Source of the DNA: Prochlorococcus marinus str. NATL2A
GTDB taxonomy: Bacteria; Cyanobacteriota; Cyanobacteriia; PCC-6307; Cyanobiaceae
Assembly (NCBI RefSeq): GCF_000012465.1
Contig: NC_007335.2
Location: forward strand, 1,020,001-1,052,000
Reading direction: 5' to 3'
Length of the DNA: 32,000 nt
The notes beneath the pieces were generated by a model, which saw nothing but the letters and a program-made list of their open reading frames with translations, did no database searches and had not been told where the DNA came from. Below are positions 8,428-15,774 of the stretch, piece by piece. The position numbers and the translations under genes are program-made. Position 1 is the first letter of the stretch, and each line of letters starts with the position of its first letter.

Positions 8428-8841
8428 ATGATTAAACAAGTTATTACATGCATTCTCTCAATTCTATTTGTTGTTACACTTACACCCTATAAAGCAAATG
8501 CAACGACAAATGATCTTCCAGAGTGTGTTGTCAAAACTCACTGTGTGAGAGAAGACTTTAAAGTAAATGATATAGAAAATGCTTTTAAAAAAGCCACCAA
8601 AATAGTTTCTGAAACAGCAAGAACAAAAATAGTTGAGAAGACTGATTCATATATTCATGCTGAAGCAAAGACAAAATGGAGAAGATATACCGATGATTTA
8701 CTCCTCAAAGCAATTCCAGAGAAAGGTATTATTCAAGTCAGATCAGAATCAAGAGTTGGCGTTGGAGATAATGGAGTCAACAAGAAGAGAGTTGATGATT
8801 TTGCTTATCGTCTAATGACAGAAAGAGACAACACTAACTAA
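8428..8841 (+). CDS. DUF1499-like protein with N-terminal signal/anchor, 137 aa from ATG 8428
   Basis: The track ORF starts at TTG 8392, and the in-frame ATG at 8428 gives MIKQVITCILSILFVVTLTPYKANA. The C-terminal RSESRVGVGDNGVNKKRVDDF resembles the DUF1499 signature (from memory). Confidence 0.65.
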   Translation: MIKQVITCILSILFVVTLTPYKANATTNDLPECVVKTHCVREDFKVNDIENAFKKATKIVSETARTKIVEKTDSYIHAEAKTKWRRYTDDLLLKAIPEKGIIQVRSESRVGVGDNGVNKKRVDDFAYRLMTERDNTN

Positions 8842-8982
8842 ACCATCAAAATCAACAACTCAAAGTACCAAGGTAAAGTCATTGATTTTGAACATACTAA
8901 ATTTTTCGATTAAGTTTGTTTGCGAAGGTATGGCTTAAGAATAAAAAGTAAGTGATTTTTTATACAAATTGCTTTTCTTTTT

Positions 8983-9363
8983 ATGCTTCTAGCAGCATTT
9001 GAACCTGGTAAAGAAATGGCCATCGCCAACTTCTCCCTAGCCATTTTCTGTCTGTTTACCGTTGCACTTCCTTTAATACTTATCACTCGTGGAGATAAAA
9101 CAGAAGCTAATCGGAACTTCCTTCAAGCAACAGTAAACCCATGGGCTCAAGTTGTTAAAGAAGCTGAGGTAGCACAAGTTGTTCTATCTGAAGTCACATC
9201 GTCAGTAAAACTAGAACCCAATCTGGAACTAGTTTCCGAGCGAAATATCGGAGCAATTCCAGAATCAGGAGAGGTTATTTGTTTAGAGATAAAAGGAAGT
9301 GATGAATTGGATGAGTCATCACCTGAATTATTACCAACTGATGATGAATTATTAGCTGCTTGA
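8983..9363 (+). CDS. Membrane-anchored protein with acidic C-terminal tail, 126 aa
   Basis: Track ORF with the TM segment IANFSLAIFCLFTVALPLILI and the acidic tail DELDESSPELLPTDDELLAA. A terminator follows. Confidence 0.45.
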   Translation: MLLAAFEPGKEMAIANFSLAIFCLFTVALPLILITRGDKTEANRNFLQATVNPWAQVVKEAEVAQVVLSEVTSSVKLEPNLELVSERNIGAIPESGEVICLEIKGSDELDESSPELLPTDDELLAA

Positions 9364-9411
9364 GAGATCGAAAACAGCAAGTAAATTTCTTATTGTCAGA
9401 CAAATTATCAA

Positions 9412-9434
9412 GGGGTAATAAATACCCCCTTTTT
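9412..9434 (+). terminator. Rho-independent terminator
   Basis: GGGGTA-ataaa-TACCCC followed by CTTTTT, about 50 nt after the stop at 9363. Confidence 0.5.
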
Positions 9435-9600
9435 AATGAACGTTTTTAAGTAATTGTTTTTATCTGATTCATATAAATATCAGAGGCTGTGCTTTTTCCC
9501 TTCATTAGCTTCAAGCTATTATTTATATTCGTCTCTTAATACTTGACAATCTTTTTCACCTAACACTTTTAACTTTCAAAAAGTGTCCTTAATGGTGACG

Positions 9601-9643
9601 TCAAAGGTTCTTTTTAAACTTATCAAAGGTCTCTTTTTAAACT
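9601..9643. repeat. Tandem direct repeat (20 and 21 nt)
   Basis: TCAAAGGTTCTTTTTAAACT at 9601-9620 and TCAAAGGTCTCTTTTTAAACT at 9623-9643, inside a 508-nt spacer. Confidence 0.4.
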
Positions 9644-9944
9644 GCCTAATAACAACTCAGCGATGAAAGTACTAACCACAAATGCAAATGTCATTTTTAA
9701 GGGCTTTTGAAATAGTTCATTAGGTGAGTAAATATAGATAACTATCAAATTGCAAGCATTTCAGAGAAGCACAATAAAAAGAGCAGGTATTTAATGGTTT
9801 ACATGTGAAAACAGAACGATAACAGCGAGTATATTTTATTTGTAAATTTTCTAAAAAATTTTTTGCTTATTCCGGCTTGGAGTTCACATATGACATTGCA
9901 TATATATAAGTTGTGAAGGTTAGCAAGTTCGCCATTATAAAAAT

Positions 9945-10274
9945 ATGAAACGCTTATTTTTTCTATCACTGATATTTGTTGTTCTCTTGTTTTCCTCAGT
10001 CATACCTGTCAGTGCTGAGTCTGAATTTGAACTATATTTGAGTGATTTTTATCAAAAACAAGAGAAAGCAAGCAAAATACTGAAAGAAATTGAGACAGAC
10101 CTAAAAGACGGATCCAGAGACAGAGTTTGTGCAAGGCAAAGAGAAGCTGCTAGCTATGGAATCGAAGCTACGGAGTCGTTAATTAAAGCTTTTAAAACAA
10201 ATGGTTCCGAAAGTCAAATGGAGAATCTTCAAGCTGGACTCGATAAATGGAGAGAGTTGAGGGACTATTGCTAA
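9945..10274 (+). CDS. Secreted protein, 109 aa
   Basis: Signal peptide MKRLFFLSLIFVVLLFSSVIPVSA, two Cys in the mature part, and a C-terminal ...LRDYC. Confidence 0.6.
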   Translation: MKRLFFLSLIFVVLLFSSVIPVSAESEFELYLSDFYQKQEKASKILKEIETDLKDGSRDRVCARQREAASYGIEATESLIKAFKTNGSESQMENLQAGLDKWRELRDYC

Positions 10275-10296
10275 CAATGTTTTGCTTACTAAATAA

Positions 10297-10545
10297 ATGA
10301 ATGTACTAGTTATTGTTTTTATTATTGCCACAATTTGGCTCATAAGAAAGTTGGCATGGAATGTAGAGGAGGGAACCAATGAACAAAGAGAACAGAATCC
10401 AGAGTTAAATACAAAAAACTTTGACATGCATGAAAGAAGGCTTGAGCACTTTTCTAAGTCAAAATACAAAAACCGTATGTTCTATATCGGGGCTGATGGG
10501 ACTTGCTACTATTACTCAGCCACTGGAAGAAAAATCTTTTGCTGA
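10297..10545 (+). CDS. N-terminally anchored small protein, 82 aa
   Basis: Track ORF starting MNVLVIVFIIATIWLIRKLAW... Confidence 0.5.
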   Translation: MNVLVIVFIIATIWLIRKLAWNVEEGTNEQREQNPELNTKNFDMHERRLEHFSKSKYKNRMFYIGADGTCYYYSATGRKIFC

Positions 10546-10685
10546 TGGATGAAATATCTCAATGGGGAATTGCTGCTTTAATTGGAATATCTATTGCAGC
10601 CTTCTTGGCTTGGTTTAACAAATCCGGTTCTGACTTTAAAGATGGGTTTGAGCCCAAAAGCGAAAGGACGAAAAAGAAAAACTAA
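10545..10685 (+). CDS. Single-TM micro-protein, 46 aa
   Basis: The ATG overlaps the upstream stop as TGATG. Sequence MDEISQWGIAALIGISIAAFLAWFNKSGSDFKDGFEPKSERTKKKN. The track lists a longer alternative-start version from 10503. Confidence 0.4.
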   Translation: MDEISQWGIAALIGISIAAFLAWFNKSGSDFKDGFEPKSERTKKKN

Positions 10686-10885
10686 ATTGCACTCTAGAAA
10701 ATCAAATAATCAAGTTTTACATATAGCAATTAGAGATCAACGAGCCCAGAGGCTAAAAGCATCTGACGAATTAATAAAGAAATAAAAATAAAAATAATTA
10801 ATCTACTTAGAACGTAAAGAGGTAAATTATTCACATGAATATTTGCTTAAAATAATTTTTCTAATGGTGGATTGATAAAGATTAT

Positions 10886-11170
10886 TTACTTCCCAACTCC
10901 AGTAAAAACAAAACCATTAAGAATACAAAAATCATAAGCAAAAATCTTTAGATTTTCTGGCATCTCATTCCATTTCATTTCCTCAATTTTATTTAATTGC
11001 TCTGAACTTAGGTTCTCTGCTTTAGCATATGCCTCCATCATCTTTGACCAACTATCAGAATAAATGTCTACATAAAATGCTTTTTGATTTTGATCAAAGA
11101 AATTAATTTTATCATGATTGGTACTTACCTTTTTAGAAAGTTGTTTATAGTATTCAATGTCTGATGTCAT
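10886..11170 (-). CDS. Hypothetical protein, 94 aa
   Basis: Track ORF with an ATG start. Confidence 0.55.
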   Translation of the reverse strand: MTSDIEYYKQLSKKVSTNHDKINFFDQNQKAFYVDIYSDSWSKMMEAYAKAENLSSEQLNKIEEMKWNEMPENLKIFAYDFCILNGFVFTGVGK

Positions 11171-11353
11171 GCTTATTTTCTTATTTAAGAATATAACCTA
11201 ATGAAATTACTTTTAAATAGCGAAAAGATGTTCAAAATCTATACATTTAGTAGTCTAATAAACTCACTGTTTGATTCCCTTCAATTTTTTAGCTCAAAAA
11301 AGAAATCAAACTAAATCAATTTGAATCATATCAAAGATTTATTAATTTGATTA

Positions 11354-11611
11354 TTAATCCCACTGCGGGTCAATACGTCTCCATCCGGTTGACAATAATT
11401 CCATCCATAGTTTTTTCGCCAACCCTCTACTCATCCTCTTGCGATTCTTAAGAAGTGGGATTCCATTTGATTCAAGCCTTCCCCTCTCGATCCAAACCTT
11501 TGGGTTTTGATCCCAACTCTCCCAGTCATACCGAAAGCGCAGTATCCATAGTCCACTTGCCTCCCTAATCCAACCGTCACGCTTCACGTCATTACTAAGA
11601 TAATAGTACAA
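11354..11611 (-). CDS. DUF1651-like picocyanobacterial protein, 85 aa
   Basis: Trp-rich pattern GWIRE...W...KKLWMELLSTGWRRIDPQW. It resembles the ORF at 15261-15524. The family name is from memory. Confidence 0.6.
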   Translation of the reverse strand: MYYYLSNDVKRDGWIREASGLWILRFRYDWESWDQNPKVWIERGRLESNGIPLLKNRKRMSRGLAKKLWMELLSTGWRRIDPQWD

Positions 11612-11789
11612 TTACACCATTCTATTGGATGTCAATGATAATTCTAGTGCGATTTTTTGGATGAAGCTTTATTTTTTCGTTTAGGGAGAGCTGTCATACC
11701 TGCCTTAGGAATACTGAATGGAGTAAATAGTTTCATAATTTGGTTAAATTCATATTAATGTTTTAGGTCACCTAAAAAGACAATGCATG

Positions 11790-11825
11790 GGTGAAACTAC
11801 CCTAAAAACATTCGAATTGCACTAC
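11790..11825 (+). other. Conserved 36-nt element (copy 1) upstream of a M-x-TPYH micro-ORF; overlaps a possible 13-codon uORF (11787-11828)
   Basis: GGTGAAACTACCCTAAAAACATTCGAATTGCACTAC matches 16877-16912 at 31 of 36 positions while the flanks diverge. It lies about 50 nt upstream of the ATG in both copies. Confidence 0.4.
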
Positions 11826-11875
11826 TAAATTCTGTGAGTAGAGGTAGCTAATCTAGTTAAAAAGCAAATCAAAAA

Positions 11876-12022
11876 ATGTTTACTCCTTATCATGCCATCA
11901 TGTTTGGAATTTTACTGATAACTGGTTCTGCATCAATTTTTCAGATGTCAAAAGGAGAAAAAGGATTAACCAAAAATCAAACAAAGATATCAAGACCCAA
12001 ATTTGATTTGAACAGTTATTAA
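11876..12022 (+). CDS. Single-TM micro-protein, 48 aa (M-x-TPYH family)
   Basis: Hand translation gives MFTPYHAIMFGILLITGSASIFQMSKGEKGLTKNQTKISRPKFDLNSY. A paralogue sits at 16964-17056. Confidence 0.5.
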   Translation: MFTPYHAIMFGILLITGSASIFQMSKGEKGLTKNQTKISRPKFDLNSY

Positions 12023-12043
12023 ATTATTTTTGACTAAAACTTT

Positions 12044-12220
12044 TTAAGCTAAGCAAGTCCAATCTAGGTTTCGGTGATTTGTCAAAAATGGAGCAGGAGT
12101 ACAAACCTTCTCACCATCTGGTGTTACATAACACCTTTCAATTCCCCAACTTCGTTCAATGATTTTCACAGCAGTCGAGCCTTTTGGTAAAAGAGGCACT
12201 GCAAATTGAGCTCTCGTCAT
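12044..12220 (-). CDS. Hypothetical small protein, 58 aa
   Basis: Hand translation, checked base by base, gives MTRAQFAVPLLPKGSTAVKIIERSWGIERCYVTPDGEKVCTPAPFLTNHRNLDWTCLA. Confidence 0.45.
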   Translation of the reverse strand: MTRAQFAVPLLPKGSTAVKIIERSWGIERCYVTPDGEKVCTPAPFLTNHRNLDWTCLA

Positions 12221-12355
12221 AAAAATATGTAACTATACTTTTCTAGCTTCCGTAAAAGTTTTATCAATCGGTAAATAAATCCATTGACATCCAATCAAGT
12301 ACAAAACATACAAACTTAATAAATATTATTGAGATCTAATAACAGCTACTAAAGC

Positions 12356-13306
12356 TTAGAGATTAGAGAAAGAATTGGCTAACTCATTTGTCAATTCAAT
12401 TAATCTTTTAGAAATTCCAATTTCTTTCATTGAATGTCCTGCATTATCGATTACATAAAGTTTAGAAGTGGGCAATGCTTTATTAAGGTCCCATGCACTT
12501 CTCATTGGACAAACAACGTCATATCTTCCCTGAACAATCGAAACAGGAATACCTTTTAGCTTATTAATATTTTTTAGAATATAGTTCTCCTCTAAAAAAA
12601 TATTATTAATAAAATAATGACATTCTATACGCGCAAAAGAGTCTGAGAAATTATCATTAGTAGCTTTATTAATTGATAATTCTTTTGGCTTGAGATAGCT
12701 AGTTGACATTTCCCATCTCGTCCAAGCATGTGCCGCTTGAGTTCTCTCAGACCTATCTTGACTTGTTAATCTCTTATGAAAAGCATTAATCAAATTCCCT
12801 CTCTCATTTAGCGGAATGACAGATTGATAAAGATCGAATTCTTCAGGGAAAATCTCACTTGCACCTTTTTGATAGAACCAAGTTAATTCGTGTTGTCTGC
12901 ATAAAAATATCCCCCTAAGAGTAAGACTTAAAACTTTTTCTGTGTGTTGAATGGCATAAATCAAGCTTAGGGTTGACCCCCATGAGCCTCCAAAAACATG
13001 CCATGACTCAATTTTCAAGAGCTGTCTTATCTTTTCAATATCTTCAATTAAATGATGAGTGGTGTTCTCCTCTAACTCAGAATGTGGAGTAGATCTACCA
13101 CATCCTCTTTGATCAAATTGAACAATATTAAATTTTTTTGGATCAAAATATCTTCGATAAGAAGGACTGCTACCTCCTCCTGGGCCGCCATGAATAATTA
13201 AGACAGACAAACCATTGGGATTACCACTTCTTTCCCAATAGATGGAATGTAGTGGACTGACATTTAACATCCCTTTTTCGTTAGGTTCTATTTCCGGAAA
13301 TAACAT
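12356..13306 (-). CDS. pip: Proline iminopeptidase (prolyl aminopeptidase, alpha/beta hydrolase), 316 aa
   Basis: Track ORF with HGGPGGG, FDQRGCGRS and the nucleophile elbow GGSWGSTL, matching the classic Pip layout. Confidence 0.9.
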   Translation of the reverse strand: MLFPEIEPNEKGMLNVSPLHSIYWERSGNPNGLSVLIIHGGPGGGSSPSYRRYFDPKKFNIVQFDQRGCGRSTPHSELEENTTHHLIEDIEKIRQLLKIESWHVFGGSWGSTLSLIYAIQHTEKVLSLTLRGIFLCRQHELTWFYQKGASEIFPEEFDLYQSVIPLNERGNLINAFHKRLTSQDRSERTQAAHAWTRWEMSTSYLKPKELSINKATNDNFSDSFARIECHYFINNIFLEENYILKNINKLKGIPVSIVQGRYDVVCPMRSAWDLNKALPTSKLYVIDNAGHSMKEIGISKRLIELTNELANSFSNL

Positions 13307-13406
13307 TTTTAATTAAATACTCGTCTTTTACTTTTAAGCTATGTCATTCAACTCAAGCATACATAACAAAATTAGCTATAAAGGATTATCAATAAGGAAT
13401 TGATTA

Positions 13407-13628
13407 ATGCCTAAGAAAAATTGGCTAAAAAGCTTTCGATTGAATATACATGCCCCTGGCACTGGTTTTGCCTTAATGGTCTTAGCTTTAACTCAAGTAC
13501 CAGTAGGAATAAAAAATGCAGCTGAAGTTGTTTGTATTGGACAAACTTCAAATAAGATTTGGAAATTAGAAAAGAATCATGCAGAAGCAAATATGCTTGC
13601 AGTTCAAAGATGCAATGGCAGAAATTAA
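13407..13628 (+). CDS. Hypothetical protein, 73 aa
   Basis: Track ORF with an ATG start. It competes with the antisense ORF 13411-13686, which has poorer Leu/Phe-rich composition. Confidence 0.4.
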   Translation: MPKKNWLKSFRLNIHAPGTGFALMVLALTQVPVGIKNAAEVVCIGQTSNKIWKLEKNHAEANMLAVQRCNGRN

Positions 13629-13798
13629 CTTGTATCAATGTGTTCGTCTTCAAGCAAAAAAAGATAAAAACCAAAAAATGTAACATTGGCCTAGAACTTA
13701 AATTTCAAAGCGATAAAAAGGGGATTAATTGAAAATTTTCTTTTTTTATGACTTCAGCGCAACAAATAAACGATTAAGAACTAGCTCAGTTTGGATGG

Positions 13799-14026
13799 GT
13801 GGAGTCAATAGCGACTAATTCAATAAGCGATTTCAAGTCACCTAAGGAAAGTGTTGTAGAACTTAGAAATGATGTAAAAACATCTAATCTTATAGACACA
13901 TTTATATGTCACTCAATTTTCTATGTGATTTTCTGCTATTCCCTATGTCTATATGTTTTTATTGATCTAGGTTTTGGTTTCTTTTTAAAAAACAAAGTTA
14001 ATAGATGGTTGAAAGTCAAAAAATAA
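13799..14026 (+). CDS. Small membrane protein, 75 aa (FICH-IFYV family; GTG start uncertain)
   Basis: The C-terminal half FICHSIFYVIFCYSLCLYVFIDLGFGFFLKNK is paralogous to the partial ORF at 31835-32000. Confidence 0.5.
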   Translation: MESIATNSISDFKSPKESVVELRNDVKTSNLIDTFICHSIFYVIFCYSLCLYVFIDLGFGFFLKNKVNRWLKVKK

Positions 14027-14159
14027 TTGAAATACCTTCCTTATCAGTTCTCTTTCCCATTAATACAAACTAAGTTTATATTAAATCAATTATTTGGGTA
14101 TTCCTTACAATCGCACTAACTTGAATAATGTATTTAAATAGATAGGAAGTAATACACCA

Positions 14160-14189
14160 ACGGTCTGAGTCTGCACAGACCGTTTTTTA
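14160..14189 (+). terminator. Rho-independent terminator
   Basis: ACGGTCTG-agtctgca-CAGACCGT followed by a T6 run. It lies 134 nt after the nearest upstream stop. Confidence 0.5.
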
Positions 14190-14570
14190 TTTTTAATGCA
14201 AGATTTCTTCACCAAGATATCAAAATATCTATATGGAATTGAAGTAGGTCAATTCCATGAAGAGCCCGTAGCAGACGATTTCTACTATCCAGATTGGTAA
14301 TTAGATGACAATTATATTTTTTGACGCTCAATCTCCTAGTTTTCATTTCATCGCAATTAAGTAGACGATAAGCGCATCAATTGATTATTTCAGCTGATAT
14401 GAGCCACACATTATAGAACATCAACTTAGTAAAGCTATAAGCATAATCTTTGAGACATAAATTTTTCTGAAATCTCTTACTCAGGTACTAGTTAATTCTA
14501 CTTGAGTAAAAGCCGAGGTTTATAAAATCAGCAAGATCGATTAGAACATACATATACGACATGGAGGTTT

Positions 14571-14735
14571 ATGAAACTAAGTACTCCTTTCAACATGATC
14601 AAAAATGCATTAAGTGATATTCGTACAATGCATGACTTCTCTTACACAGTTCCTAATGAAACTAGAGAAGAGTTTTGGGACAAAGAATGTATAAGCCATC
14701 CAACAGCATCTACTTGCAAAGTTTATGAGGGCTAA
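14571..14735 (+). CDS. Minimal CP12-like protein, 54 aa
   Basis: Hand translation gives MKLSTPFNMIKNALSDIRTMHDFSYTVPNETREEFWDKECISHPTASTCKVYEG. GGAGG sits 3 nt upstream. The C-terminus matches the CP12 loop C-x3-P-x4-C-[KR]-V-Y-E. Confidence 0.5.
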   Translation: MKLSTPFNMIKNALSDIRTMHDFSYTVPNETREEFWDKECISHPTASTCKVYEG

Positions 14736-14792
14736 GAAAAGAAAACGCTGTAAAAGTTAATAGCTGTTTGATCGAAAGAAGATTCATTTAGG

Positions 14793-14821
14793 CAAAAAAA
14801 AGGCCCTGCGAAACAGGGCCT
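14793..14821 (-). terminator. Strong rho-independent terminator for the minus-strand DUF4278 gene
   Basis: A perfect 8-bp GC-rich stem AGGCCCTG/CAGGGCCT with loop CGAAA. On the minus strand it is followed by a T8 run. Confidence 0.7.
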
Positions 14822-14840
14822 CATAAAAATAGTTTTCAAG

Positions 14841-15017
14841 CTAATGCAGATATCGGTGACCACGATAAGACAATTGGGAATTCAGCTCAGATCTAGCATC
14901 ACTTCTGCATGTGTTGTAGTGATTACGCCTGTAAGTGAGCTCAACACAATCTTTTTGTGCTTTTTGCTCTTTGTGCTGGACATAGTTTTGTCCACGATAA
15001 AGAAGAGTTGTCATCAT
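14841..15017 (-). CDS. DUF4278-type micro-protein, 58 aa
   Basis: Hand translation, checked base by base, gives MMTTLLYRGQNYVQHKEQKAQKDCVELTYRRNHYNTCRSDARSELNSQLSYRGHRYLH. It has repeated L-x-YR-x-x-x-Y units, GGAG 5 nt upstream and a terminator downstream. The track's + ORF 14844-15035 is its antisense shadow. Confidence 0.7.
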   Translation of the reverse strand: MMTTLLYRGQNYVQHKEQKAQKDCVELTYRRNHYNTCRSDARSELNSQLSYRGHRYLH

Positions 15018-15114
15018 CCATACTCCGAATGTTGATTTAAGTCCCCGTTCCTTGGCTTAAATCGAAATGCGGCTCGCAATGTAGCGAGTTGAACGTTTTG
15101 GTAGCGGTTGCTAC
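15018..15114 (-). promoter_or_regulatory. Structured, GC-enriched 5' leader (candidate riboswitch-like element)
   Basis: Minus-strand hairpins are GTAGC/GCTAC (15114-15101), CTCGC/GCGAG (15088-15073) and an 8-bp GATTTAAG/CTTAAATC (15063-15034). The loop GAACG of the last hairpin can pair with CGTTC at 15095-15091. Confidence 0.3.
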
Positions 15115-15260
15115 AAAAAATATTATGTTACGTATAGATAGCCCATGTAGTTCATCACGATACAAAACCATCTAGTGGTATGTACTCAAATTTCTCATTA
15201 ATTTTTTTGTGCATATCTAAATTAACGGAGAATTAGACTAAAAATATTTTTTCATCAGTT

Positions 15261-15524
15261 CTAAAGGGTCTTCCATAAAGGTTTCTCAGAAACTTCCCAC
15301 TCTGTTTCCACTGAAGACCTCCATAGGGCTCTTGCTTTTTCATAAGTTAATTTCTCACTTTCATGTAACTCAACATGAGGAGTAATACCGTGTAGGAATC
15401 CAAGCCTACAGCTAGCGTAGTGAACCCTCATATATGTAGTTCCGTCTTCATCAGAGTGTTTGTCTTGAAAAAACCTCATTGCCCAGACACGATCTTTCTT
15501 CACAAGCCAACTTTCATGTTGCAT
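15261..15524 (-). CDS. DUF1651-like protein, 87 aa
   Basis: Track ORF ending ...KARALWRSSVETEWEVSEKPLWKTL. It starts 2 nt after the stop of the 15527-15742 gene. Confidence 0.6.
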   Translation of the reverse strand: MQHESWLVKKDRVWAMRFFQDKHSDEDGTTYMRVHYASCRLGFLHGITPHVELHESEKLTYEKARALWRSSVETEWEVSEKPLWKTL

Positions 15525-15526
15525 TT

Positions 15527-15742
15527 TTAGTAGGAGCTTGGATTATCTCTTTTATGCTGTCTTGCCTTTGAATGACAACTATCTAGTGACCAACGATTTT
15601 TGACAATTTCAAGAAAATCACATATGAATTCATCTGGGCAATCGAGTTCCTCCTGCAATTCAGCTAATTCATCAATAAAGAAATCGAATGTTTTGCTAAT
15701 TAAACCTGACTTTTGCTTTTGTGACGGAGTCCATTTGCCCAT
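15527..15742 (-). CDS. KW[ST]P...EL-x-CP family small protein, 71 aa
   Basis: Sequence MGKWTPSQKQ...ELQEELDCPDEFICDFLEIV. The W-to-C spacing of 31 residues is the same as in the paralogue at 16343-16555. Confidence 0.6.
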   Translation of the reverse strand: MGKWTPSQKQKSGLISKTFDFFIDELAELQEELDCPDEFICDFLEIVKNRWSLDSCHSKARQHKRDNPSSY

Positions 15743-15774
15743 AACTAATAAAAAATATTATGTAAAGTAGTTAT

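Noticed and set aside
6232-13686. Other shadow ORFs: 6232-6417 (-), 8633-8815 (+), 9147-9380 (-), 10179-10469 (-), 10582-10785 (+), 13411-13686 (-)
   Set aside because: Each overlaps a more plausible ORF on the other strand or in another frame. Their composition is dominated by Leu/Phe/Ser from AT-rich antisense reading.
14844-15035. Track ORF (63 aa, +)
   Set aside because: It is the antisense shadow of the better-supported minus-strand DUF4278 micro-ORF, which has its own SD sequence and terminator.
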